A stretch of 64,000 nt of DNA from an uncultured Acidobacteriota bacterium (GTDB lineage: Bacteria > Acidobacteriota > Blastocatellia > RBC074), in contig CAWCKY010000004.1 in NCBI GenBank assembly GCA_963796275.1, positions 896,001-960,000 of the forward strand, read 5' to 3'. Made by a program: the position numbers and the translations under genes. Below the pieces are notes generated by a model that made no database searches, had not been told where the DNA came from, and saw only the letters and a program-made list of their open reading frames with translations. Position 1 is the stretch's first letter. Every line of letters begins with the position of its first letter. Positions 12,279 through 21,856 of this stretch are shown here, in pieces.

Positions 12279-12671
12279 TTACATCAGTTGACCTATTCGC
12301 ATGCCCAACCAAACGGCCGCCAGTCCCAGCAGCACGCTGCCCAGTGAATTGACGAGCGCAAGCCAAATCTGACCATTACGCAGCAGCGCGAACGTCTCAA
12401 ACGAGAAGCTCGAAAAGGTTGTATATCCGCCCAGCACACCGGTAATTAGAGCCGCGCGCAAAGCCGGAGAAGCGAGCACTCGCGCCTCGAACAACTCGGC
12501 GAGAAGTCCGATCAGAAAACTCCCGGAAACATTGATAATAAAATTGGCATACGGGAAGGCTGGTTTCTCAATAGTTGAATAGATGATCGCCGATAGCCCA
12601 TACCGGCAACCCGTGCCGAGCATGCCACCGAGGAGAACGAGGAGAATTGTCACACCATTCATAATTTTCAA
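12279..12671 (-). CDS. crcB: fluoride efflux channel Fluc/CrcB
   Basis: GGMLGTGCRY, INVSGSFLIG, GVLGGYTTFSSF; start may be ATG 12662. Confidence 0.93.
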   Translation of the reverse strand: MKIMNGVTILLVLLGGMLGTGCRYGLSAIIYSTIEKPAFPYANFIINVSGSFLIGLLAELFEARVLASPALRAALITGVLGGYTTFSSFSFETFALLRNGQIWLALVNSLGSVLLGLAAVWLGMRIGQLM

Positions 12672-12883
12672 TTAGGTCAGGTCGTTTATTCGTCAACGCA
12701 GACGTCAAGCTCATTAAATGTAGCCATGAACTTCAGCCGGTTGTATAATCGCGCGCGGTTATTCCCCATTTTATCCAAAATAGATATTTCTGGAGACATT
12801 CATGTAGCTATCCGACGCTTTGATATGTTGAAAAGCTCGTCATACGATCCGCCGGCGGAAGGGGCTTGCGATACCCTTTCCGC

Positions 12884-13004
12884 ATTATGGTCTTGAAGAA
12901 AATAATGCAACCACGCAGGGCACCAGTCGCGTCTGCCCGGGAACTGTGGCAGTCACGGAGTCCAACCCTGCTTATGATTTGCTTATTTTCTCGAACGACC
13001 AAAA
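12884..13004. mobile_element. degenerate MITE-like inverted-repeat element
   Basis: ATTATGGTCTTGAAGAAAATAATGCAAC ... GATTTGCTTATTTTCTCGAACGACCAAAA; left end matches the element at 16630. Confidence 0.5.
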
Positions 13005-13061
13005 AACTATGGATACCCACCGGAGATTAAACTCTCCCTGAAGTTGCAGAGGAGGTAAAAA

Positions 13062-16000
13062 ATGAAAGTAGGAAATCTATCAGCGATCCATTGGCTTGGG
13101 TGTGCGTTGCTGCTATCTGTTTGGGCGATCGCCGGCAGGGCGCAGACACAGGGTGAAATCACAGGCGTCATTACCGATCCGGGAGGCGCCATAATACAGG
13201 GTGCGACCATCGTCGTCACAAACACTGCCATCGGAGCAGCTCGGTCGGTCACAAGCAATGACGCCGGCGTCTACCGCTTCCCTGCCCTGCTTCCGGGAGT
13301 CTATACGCTGCGCATCGAAAAGAACGGATTCAAATCGGCTGCGCGCGATGCGATTCAGGTGCAGGTAGAACAGACAGTTCGGCTGGATGTGGTGCTGGAG
13401 GTCGGCAATGTGGGCGAGACCGTCACCATTACCGGCGGCGCGCCGCTGCTCGCGCAGGAGAGCACAACCGTAGGCACGGTGATCGAAAACAAGCGCATCG
13501 TGGAATTGCCGCTCAATGGACGCAACTTTCTGCAGCTCGTGGCCACCGCGCCCAACGTCAACTTCGGCTTTCAGAATGCCGGGCAGGCCGGGTCACGCCA
13601 GGGAGGAACGCGCGCTCAGCAGAACATCTCGGTAGCCGGGCAGCGCAGTTACTTCAACCGGTTCACTATCGATGGGGTCGAAAATACAGACGTCAACTTC
13701 AACACGCCGATCGTGCTTCCATCGATCGATGCGCTGCAGGAGTTCAAAGTTCAGACCGGCATCTTCCCGGCGGAGTTCGGCCGCGCTACTACTCAGATAA
13801 ACGTTTCGACCAAGTCGGGGACGAGAGAGTTTCACGGCGCGGTGTTTGAATTCCTGCGCAACGACGTCTTCGACGCGCGCACGTATGACTTCACCGGGGC
13901 TCGGTCGAAGGACTCGCCGAAGGAGCCGTTCAAGTGGAACCAATATGGTTTTGTGCTGGGCGGCCCGGTCTGGTTGCCGAAGAAATTATTTGGACCGATC
14001 GGGTATGAAAATCGCGAGCGCATATTTTTTATGACGAATTTCGAGGGCTTCCGCGACCGCAGGATGCTGCGCCAGACATATAACCTGCCGCCTGTAGATT
14101 TTTTCTCGGGCAATTTCTCGGGCCTGCTCGATCCGGCCTTCACGGGAAACCCGAATTCGGGAAAGCAGGCGATGATCACTGTCAATAATGCACTCGTCCC
14201 CGCATTCGATGCGCACGGACGTCCGGTAATCGTCGGCCAGCTCTACGATCCGACGAATCGCCGCGAGGCACCTAACGGTCAGATGGTCCCAGAACCATTC
14301 CCCAATAATATAATTCCGATTGGCCGATTCCACCCGACATCAGTCCAGTTGCTGGAGTTTTACCCGTTGCCCACGCGTAACCCCAACCAGCTCGGCCCCA
14401 ATCACGAACAGTTGAACCGTCGCGTAATCGACAAGGATCAGTTCACCGGACGCGGCGATTTCATCGAAAGCGCGAAATCGAGCTGGGCGGGGCGGTATAG
14501 CTGGGGTGACGAGTTACAGCTCGATCCCGGTTTAAAGCTCAACGGCTCAAAGCTTTTGACGACCGTCAAGCAGGTGTCGATCTCCAACACGCGGACACTT
14601 ACGCCTAGTATAGTCAATGAGGCCCGCTTCGGTTTGAGTATGTTCTACAACAGCATGGGGCGTGAGCTGGGAGATGTTCGCGATGTGGTCGGCGAATTGG
14701 GAATTCCGGGTGTCAATTCATCGGTGCCCTTAGCCTGGGGTATTCCATCGATCCCCATTCAGGGCTTCAGCGCTTTTGGCGACAGTTCGGAAGGCCCTTA
14801 CATCAATAACAACCGGACATATCAGTTTGTGGACAACATCAGCTTGACCAAGGGCAGCCATTCGCTCCGCTTTGGCGCCGAGTTGCGCTGGGATCAGTAC
14901 AACCAGGTCGGCAATCAATTCGCACGCGGTGAGTTCCTGTTCGAAGCGACGGCGAGTTCGCAGCTCGCATCGCTTATTAACGACCCGAGCGATCCCAGCG
15001 CGATACGGCTGTAGGTGTGTCGAGCAGCGGCAACGGCTTCGCCGATTTTCTGCTCGGGTATTGCAAGCGCTGCGAAGTCTCCGTCTCGTTAGCGACGGCT
15101 GAATTCCGCGCATTTAGCCAGTACTACTACATTGACGACTCCTGGAAGGTGACGCCGAAGTTAACCCTCAATTTCGGTTTACGCTATGAGTACACGCCAC
15201 CATGGTTCGATAAGACGGGACGTCTGGTCAACATCTACGTGCCGTTTGTGGACTCTACGCCGAATGTACAGGATCGCAGCCGGCACCCTGTCTTCGTGCG
15301 TACAGGCGAGGGCGATTTTTATGAAGGCCTCCCACTGCGATTCAATGAGAATATCCAGGTCGCGCGCGACGGGCGACTCGGCGAGCGGTTGGTAAACGAC
15401 GACAGAAACGATTTCGCCCCACGCTTCGGATTGGCGTATAGCCCGAGCAGCAAGTGGTCGATTCGCCTGGGCAGCGGAGTCTTCTATTCACAGGATACCG
15501 GCAACCCGCGTTTCGATATGGCGCGCAACCTCGCCGGTCGCCGCCGCGAGGAATCACTGCCAGGTCAAACCGAGCTGACTTGGGATTCGCCTTTCCGCAA
15601 CCTGGGCGGAAACGTAGTGGTCAATAACCCCTACGTGCTCGGCAACATCTACGGCCGCCGCACGCCATACGTGATCCAGTATATGCTCAACGTACAGCGC
15701 GAGCTGGGCAGCAACTTCCTGCTCGAAGTCGGCTATCTCGGTTCGGTCGGTCGCAAGCTCGAATCGTTGCGCGCATTCAACGAAAGCATACCCGGGATAG
15801 GTAGCTCCGTCTTTGCGCGCGCGCCTTATCCGGAGTTCGGGCGCATTCAGGAGGTCGACGGCAGCGGTAAATCGAGTTACAACGGCGTGAGCGTGAAACT
15901 TGAAAAACGGTTGAGCAGCGGGTTGAGCTTCGTCAGCGGGTACACGTGGTCGAAGTCGATTGACAACGCCAGCGCTATCCGCAATCACGATGGGGATACG

Positions 16001-16603
16001 CTCTTCCCGCAGAACAGCTACAACCTCGCGGCGGAGAGGGCACTGTCGAGCTTCCACTCCTCGCATCGGCTGGTCAATTCGGTCCTGTTTGCGTTACCTT
16101 TCGGTAAAGGCCAGAAATGGCTGGACCGCGGAGGCGTGGTCAACGCATTCCTGGGCGGCTGGGAGTTCGGCACGCTCTTCAGCGTGCAGACAGGTTTTCC
16201 TCTGACGGTAGTTACTGGCCGCGATCTATCGGGCACTGGAGGTGGTTTCGACCGGCCAAATCTCGTTTTTGGGCAGGATCCATACTTGAACGGCGACGAG
16301 CGATCGGCTATGCGATGGTTCAATACATCAGCTTTTGCCACGCAGGCGGCCGGCACATTTGGCAACACCGGGCGCAATACAGTCATCAGCCCCGGCATCG
16401 TGCAGTGGGATGCATCTCTGCTCAAGAACTTCTATTTCCAGGAGAACAAGAGCCTGCAATTCCGCTTCGAGGCTTTCAACGCGGCCAATCACGCGAATCT
16501 GGGCAATCCCGACCTGAGCACGGTAAGCCCGAGCTTCGGCCAAATCACAGGTACGAGGGGCACAATGCGTGAATTGCAGTTCGGATTGAAACTGATCTTT
16601 TAA
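13062..16603 (+). pseudogene. TonB-dependent receptor (carboxypeptidase-regulatory domain, Oar-like), split by a frameshift near 14981-15012
   Basis: ORFs 13062-15014 and 15017-16603 are N- and C-terminal parts in different frames; LPLNGRNF, GNGFADFLLG, C-terminal QFGLKLIF; may be a sequencing error. Confidence 0.85.
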
Positions 16604-16629
16604 TAACGAAAGAGATCAACTTGTGACTG

Positions 16630-16829
16630 CTCAGCCCGATTATGGTCTTTGAAAAATAAATGAAACAGACGGATCGCCATCGGTCCCACCAAATGGCAGC
16701 ACCAGGAGATTGAAATATGACTCCTTACCCCGATGGGGCAATGGCATTAAGGGGCCGGCAGCACCGAGTGTTGTCAGGATTACGCCGTGATTGTTACATT
16801 TAATTTTCAAAGACCATAACCGGGCTGAG
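16630..16829. mobile_element. 200-bp MITE-like element with ~38-bp terminal inverted repeats
   Basis: CTCAGCCCGATTATGGTCTTTGAAAAATAAATGAAACA ... TGTTACATTTAATTTTCAAAGACCATAACCGGGCTGAG. Confidence 0.75.
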
Positions 16830-16896
16830 TATGTATTTACTTGGCCCTTTTTGATTTCTTTCTTCTCTGAGTTGAGAGATTACGGAAAACATACCT

Positions 16897-18096
16897 ATGA
16901 GAATTAAAGGGCTGGTGAAGGCGTTCAACAACGTTAGGTCTCAACTACAGATTGGCATAAACCCTGAACAGGTCGAGCCGTTCAGGAATCTGGTAAGAAC
17001 GATCGTCCGGGATGTGGAGGATATCTGCAGTCAACATGGAATGACACCGGGCCTCTTGCCCGCTCCATCGCGGATGGCTTATGTCTTTTTGAAAGAGCTC
17101 GACTTGGACAATTTGCCCGTGAACCAGGGAGGTGAAGGTCACAGTACGGGATCCGACTTCAGAGTAAGGAATGTGGTGAGGATCGGCGAGTATTTCGCCG
17201 AGAGCTTGTGGCAGCGGCTCGCTCTCCTGCTCACATCCTCCGATGAAATCGAATCGATCAAGCGTGATATCACTGAACACGTATCATCGATCGAACGAAT
17301 TTGCGAAAGTCACAATGCGACTCCGTCCGTCCTCGAGTCCCGGTCGAGGCAAACATATTGCTGGTTGAAATTCATATCGTGCGGGGACAATCTGATCGTA
17401 CACCTGGAGACGCTTCGGCGCGCCAAAGCTCTGATCGATGAATATCAACCTCATCCATCTCATCCTGTCCATCTCCACCTGATGGTGATGAATGCGCTCT
17501 GGCGGAAGCGCCGGTACCAGGACGCGCTGGTGATCAAGGTAAATGTGGGATACAGCTACGCCGATCAGATACTGTGGAAGGCGCTCATCCAGAATGCAGT
17601 TTCAAACCGCATTACCGATGACGATCATCTGATCAGCGACTACGCCCTTTCCGATGATTTCGGCGAATTGCTTTTTGAAATAGAATCATTCGCATCACCA
17701 TCCGCGCTTCCGGCCAAAGGACGCGCACACGACCTGGACGAGAGTTTCGAACGTGTTAATAAAAAGTATTTTGACAGCCGTCTGAGTAAACCCAACATCG
17801 TCTGGAACCGCACGCTCACTATGCGTAAGTTCGGCCATTATCAACCGGCCCGGGATACACTTATGCTCTCAATTTCACTCGATGACTCCCGAGTCCCATC
17901 CTTTGTCATCGATTTTGTGATGTATCACGAACTGCTCCACAAAAAACACGGGGCCTCTTCAGTAAATGGCCGCCGTCAAGCGCACAGTCCCACCTTCCGC
18001 GCCGAAGAACGTCTTTTCTTGCATTTCTCTGAAGCCACCCGTCACCTCCACCAACTCGCACTCAAGCAAAGAGGATTTGGTGTGATGGAAGGTTAA
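16897..18096 (+). CDS. SprT/YgjP-like zinc metallopeptidase-domain protein
   Basis: C-terminal FVMYHELLH (HExxH) and HSPTF; long N-terminal region of unknown family. Confidence 0.8.
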   Translation: MRIKGLVKAFNNVRSQLQIGINPEQVEPFRNLVRTIVRDVEDICSQHGMTPGLLPAPSRMAYVFLKELDLDNLPVNQGGEGHSTGSDFRVRNVVRIGEYFAESLWQRLALLLTSSDEIESIKRDITEHVSSIERICESHNATPSVLESRSRQTYCWLKFISCGDNLIVHLETLRRAKALIDEYQPHPSHPVHLHLMVMNALWRKRRYQDALVIKVNVGYSYADQILWKALIQNAVSNRITDDDHLISDYALSDDFGELLFEIESFASPSALPAKGRAHDLDESFERVNKKYFDSRLSKPNIVWNRTLTMRKFGHYQPARDTLMLSISLDDSRVPSFVIDFVMYHELLHKKHGASSVNGRRQAHSPTFRAEERLFLHFSEATRHLHQLALKQRGFGVMEG

Positions 18097-18181
18097 TTAG
18101 GTAAAAATCGATTTGACCAATTATCCGTACCCGTAACCCTCTTTTTGTATCAGTTTTTGACTTTTGATTTCTTCTCATCAG

Positions 18182-18197
18182 AGGCACGCTCGTTGCT
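18182..18197 (+). promoter_or_regulatory. sigma-54 (-24/-12) promoter upstream of hsp20
   Basis: AGGCACGCTCGTTGCT matches GGCACG-N4-TTGC. Confidence 0.65.
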
Positions 18198-18290
18198 TTA
18201 TCAATTAGCGACTGTTTCCCGGCCGCTACTGGTCGTGGCGCATCGGACGGTCAGCAATTAAGGCAGAGAAATCAATGGAGGGTGATATTT

Positions 18291-18858
18291 ATGGCTAAAG
18301 CTAAACAAAGTCTTGAAAGAGGCGGCGAACGACACCAAGGCCGCGAGTCTCAAGAAGGGAGAAGCGGAATGCATACCCGACTTGCACTTTGCCCCGTTTG
18401 CCCATTTTTCTCCATTCACAATGATGAATCGCCTGGCTGATGAGATGGAACGTATGTTCGAGGATTATGGTATCAAGAGAGGTTGGCTTGGTCCCAGGTT
18501 CGGATCATCCGAGAGCGAGTTGGGCCATACCATGTGGTCACCGCAAATCGAAATTTTCGAGCGAGGAGGGCAATTTATAGTGCGCGCCGATTTGCCCGGC
18601 ATGACAAAAGACGACGTTAAAGTGGACATCACCGATGAAGGGCTCATTATTCAGGGCGAACGCAAGCACGAACACGAAGAGGAAAGCGAAGGCTGGCATC
18701 GAAGCGAACGAAGCTACGGCAGCTTCTACCGCAATATCCCGCTTCCGGAAGGCATTAAACCCGAAGAAGCAAAAGCCAATTTCCGCGATGGCGTGCTTGA
18801 AATCTCGATGCCCGCACCTCAGCGCGACGCACGACGCAGGCAGATAGAGATTTCTTGA
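18291..18858 (+). CDS. Hsp20/alpha-crystallin small heat shock protein; N-terminus apparently frameshifted
   Basis: ADLPG, ERSYGSFYRNIPLP, FRDGVLEI; the strong-RBS ATG at 18291 is out of frame with the domain (in-frame ATG at 18421). Confidence 0.85.
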
Positions 18859-18970
18859 GCCTGTCAGGCGCGGAACTTAAATCACATCGTCAATGATCGA
18901 AACACGATATGTCCGTTTCGAGCCGATACATTGCTGTTTGAATCGATGACAGTAGGAAAGGACGTTCGAT

Positions 18971-19144
18971 ATGATAGATGAGGAACAAGAGAAACCATGC
19001 GCACACCTTAGCTGCGATTGCACAGTGCTGGAAGAGGAGGAATATTGCAGCCCTCATTGTCAGATAGCACCCGATGATGAGGTCGTCTGCAGTTGCGGAC
19101 ACTCGGCCTGCCTGGCTGGAAAGATCGGGACCGCCACTGCCTGA
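18971..19144 (+). CDS. bacterial metallothionein (SmtA/BmtA-like), 57 aa, absent from the ORF track
   Basis: MIDEEQEKPCAHLSCDCTVLEEEEYCSPHCQIAPDDEVVCSCGHSACLAGKIGTATA; RBS AGGAAAGGA. Confidence 0.88.
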   Translation: MIDEEQEKPCAHLSCDCTVLEEEEYCSPHCQIAPDDEVVCSCGHSACLAGKIGTATA

Positions 19145-19354
19145 TCGGAGGTAGCGCACGCATCTGGCTTGCGGGCGGTTAAGCTGCACCGGAAGCGGAT
19201 AGCCGTTTCTGACAATACTCTTGCAGGCAAGATGATTCTGCTGGCGAATTCTGAAAGCGAACTTGCCAGCAGATTCTTCCAGCGCGCTTGGTTTTCTATC
19301 AAAGGCCCGCTGGCAGTTACCATTTTGCACAGTGAAAATGTGTGAGCTCTCGCC

Positions 19355-19649
19355 TCAATCTATGAGACCCTTGAGGCAATCAGCCAGCAGCTCTTCATTG
19401 AGCGAGATCGATGCGGTCTGTCCCGTTTTCCTTTTGCTGATCACACCGGCATGTTCGAGCGTATTCCAGTGATGGCAAAGGAGGGCGAGGCTGATACCCA
19501 ACTCATCGGCAATCTCAGATCCCGCACATCTCGTCCTTATCGGCCAACATCTCAACGATGCGCAGCCGCGTAGGATCGGCCAGCGCTTTGAATACCCGTG
19601 CCCGCTGTTCGATGGTGATCCTATTGGATATGGACGATTTTCTTTTCAC
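19355..19649 (-). pseudogene. ArsR/SmtB family repressor with a +1 frameshift
   Basis: FKALADPTRLRIVEML..EMCG continues in another frame as SEIADELGISLALLCHHWNTLEHAGVI; one extra G in the GGG run near 19521. Confidence 0.85.
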
Positions 19650-20105
19650 GAATCGGTAAAGGGGTAATATAGTTATATAACTGTTTGACAATTCCGGCAA
19701 GGTCAGATTCTGGCTGAGCTCTCAATTTATGAAGCATCGCTCGATATCTTGATAACTTGCCTGAGCTGGCATAAGATGTCCCCGCACGTGATTATCGCGT
19801 GAAAAAATGCGGGCGCATCCCTCCCTGCCATATCCATCCTCCTTAGGCCTTTAACTAAGTCCGTTAGGTGAGATCTATTCAGTAGTCCTTGTGATCGCGA
19901 AATCGAATACTTTCAATCAAAGTTGACAGTCGTGAATTCGTGAACACTGTTGTCACAGTTTAAGCGAACTGACCAATGCTCAATATAAATCCGGAGTATA
20001 GCGGCCTCTGGGTCGCGGTGCGAATTCGCGCGCAGGGTTTTCGGTCGGGGATTATTGATGCAAGAAGGCGCGCCCAGAGTTTCAACAGGGGTAAGGAGAA
20101 AATTT

Positions 20106-20591
20106 ATGTCAAAGAGAACAGATTACACGTCGGATGAATGGAAAACGATAACTGCCGCTCCGATAATGGCCGGGCTGCTAATCTCCGTCTCGGACATGAG
20201 CGGTCCGATAGGAATGGCTAAAGAAGCGTATACGGTCATCAAAACTGTCACTGATACGGCGGCGGCTTCATCGAATGAATTGATCAAGGCCGTGGCTGAA
20301 GAGATCAAGGCGCGGGGAGGAAAGCCCGATCTCCCAAACATGCCGCAAGACAGGGCGGGCGTCGCCGCAATGTTGATCGATGGCTGCAAACAAGCGGTGG
20401 AATTGGTTGCGAAAAAATCTCCGGCTGAAGCGGAAGCATATAAACAGTGGGTGATTGCACTTGCGCAGAAGACGGCTGAAGCTTCAAAGGAAGGCGGCTT
20501 CCTGGGTATCGGGGGGACGCCGGTCAGCGATGAGGAGAAATCCGCGGTTGAAAATCTCGCTTCCGCTCTTGGTATGAGAGCTAAAGCGTAG
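20106..20591 (+). CDS. conserved hypothetical helical protein
   Basis: AGGAG RBS; ASKEGGFLGIGGTPVS motif. Confidence 0.8.
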   Translation: MSKRTDYTSDEWKTITAAPIMAGLLISVSDMSGPIGMAKEAYTVIKTVTDTAAASSNELIKAVAEEIKARGGKPDLPNMPQDRAGVAAMLIDGCKQAVELVAKKSPAEAEAYKQWVIALAQKTAEASKEGGFLGIGGTPVSDEEKSAVENLASALGMRAKA

Positions 20592-20607
20592 ATCACTGGA
20601 GGTAGAA

Positions 20608-21711
20608 ATGGAACGTCGCAGAATGCCTGACATCGCATTGAGTCTCATTGCGATCAGTGCCGCGATTGCTGCATCAGGTGAAATTCTCGGGCAGATTCCC
20701 AGGTCGAATGGATCCTGGCTCGCAAAACCCATGACGAACTGGAACAAACCCGGTGCGACAATTCCCCAGGCTCCAGATGCGGAGATCGATCCATCAAATC
20801 CATCAAATCCATCAAATCCATCAAATCCATCAAATCCATCAAATACTGCGGTTTGCAGTGAACAGTTACGACAACCGGAGAGCGCCCCGGACCGGGCGCT
20901 CTCTGGCGCCGGTTGGAGGTTATACGGCCCGGTGCAGAGCCATTCAGGCACTTCGGTCATTATGGCAATGTCAGGCGTCGACGGGATGTGCCGGCCAATG
21001 GGTTATCAAGCTTTCATCTTCATTAACGACTCTTTCGCAGGGACCCTCGCGCCTGCACCTATGAACGCCAGAAGCGATGGTGCATTGACCCACATCTATC
21101 TGGTTTCGCCGACGAGATTGAGAGCGGAGTTCGTGCGCTATACCGCTTCCGATCCGCTCTGCTGCCCTTCATCAACCGGCGCAGTAACTTACAGAATCGA
21201 CCGTCATGACAATACCGGAACCGTCGTTCCTGAAAGCTTTTTCCCCGGCGATCCCAAATCTCAAAAAAATCAAACGGGGCAAACGGGGCAAACGGGGCAA
21301 GCGGGTCAAGCGGTGACAACGGGGGACACAGGACAACCAGGGCAAACAGGGCAACAAACTGGAATGAATCCTGAGAATACTTACTGGAGACTGGTAGAAC
21401 TCAACGGCCGGCGTATCACCACGTCGCCCAACCGTCCGGAAGCATACTTTCAACTCGATTCGCGTAAAAAGAGGCTGCAAGGCAACGGAGGATGTAACAT
21501 CATCACCGGCGGTTATGAACTGAATGGCGAACGTATCTCATTCACAAAAATCATTTCCACAAAAATGGCCTGTCTTAATGGGATGGATACTGAACGAGAA
21601 TTCCTGAAAGCGCTGGAGTCTTCCAACAATCTGAAGCTCGCCGGCGAGAATCTGGAATTATACGGGAACGATCAACTGCTGGCCCGGTTTGAAGCCGGGA
21701 AACCCAGATGA
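20608..21711 (+). CDS. exported LppP/LprE-like + META domain protein
   Basis: signal peptide, DGMCRP, DPLCCPS, META domain (WRLVELNG, GNGGCN, STKMAC). Confidence 0.8.
   Translation: MERRRMPDIALSLIAISAAIAASGEILGQIPRSNGSWLAKPMTNWNKPGATIPQAPDAEIDPSNPSNPSNPSNPSNPSNTAVCSEQLRQPESAPDRALSGAGWRLYGPVQSHSGTSVIMAMSGVDGMCRPMGYQAFIFINDSFAGTLAPAPMNARSDGALTHIYLVSPTRLRAEFVRYTASDPLCCPSSTGAVTYRIDRHDNTGTVVPESFFPGDPKSQKNQTGQTGQTGQAGQAVTTGDTGQPGQTGQQTGMNPENTYWRLVELNGRRITTSPNRPEAYFQLDSRKKRLQGNGGCNIITGGYELNGERISFTKIISTKMACLNGMDTEREFLKALESSNNLKLAGENLELYGNDQLLARFEAGKPR
20791..20844. repeat. perfect in-frame 9-bp tandem repeat (CCATCAAAT)x6
   Basis: encodes PSN x6. Confidence 0.95.
21271..21360. repeat. in-frame (CAAACGGGG)x3 plus degenerate copies
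   Basis: encodes the QTGQTGQTGQAGQ linker. Confidence 0.9.
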
Positions 21712-21856
21712 ACGTTGAGGCACAAAATATGCGGAGCAATTACATCAAATGATTGCATATGTCATTGAGGGCAACTGTAAGCTTCGCATCTGTTGAATCC
21801 CCCAGAAGCACTACGCATCTCTACTATCTGTCTATTCGGCGAACGGAGGTAGTCTC

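Noticed and set aside
12672-12760. fluoride riboswitch upstream of crcB
   Set aside because: Only a partial GGCTGAAGTTC resemblance; the GGCGATGG..CGCC / GCTAATGAC pairing could not be built. An Rfam scan would settle it
15012-15014. TAG readthrough (pyrrolysine or recoding) in the TonB receptor
   Set aside because: The downstream part is in a different frame, so this is a frameshift rather than an in-frame stop
18890-19330. minus-strand ORFs of 146 and 87 aa
   Set aside because: No motifs; they overlap the metallothionein on the opposite strand
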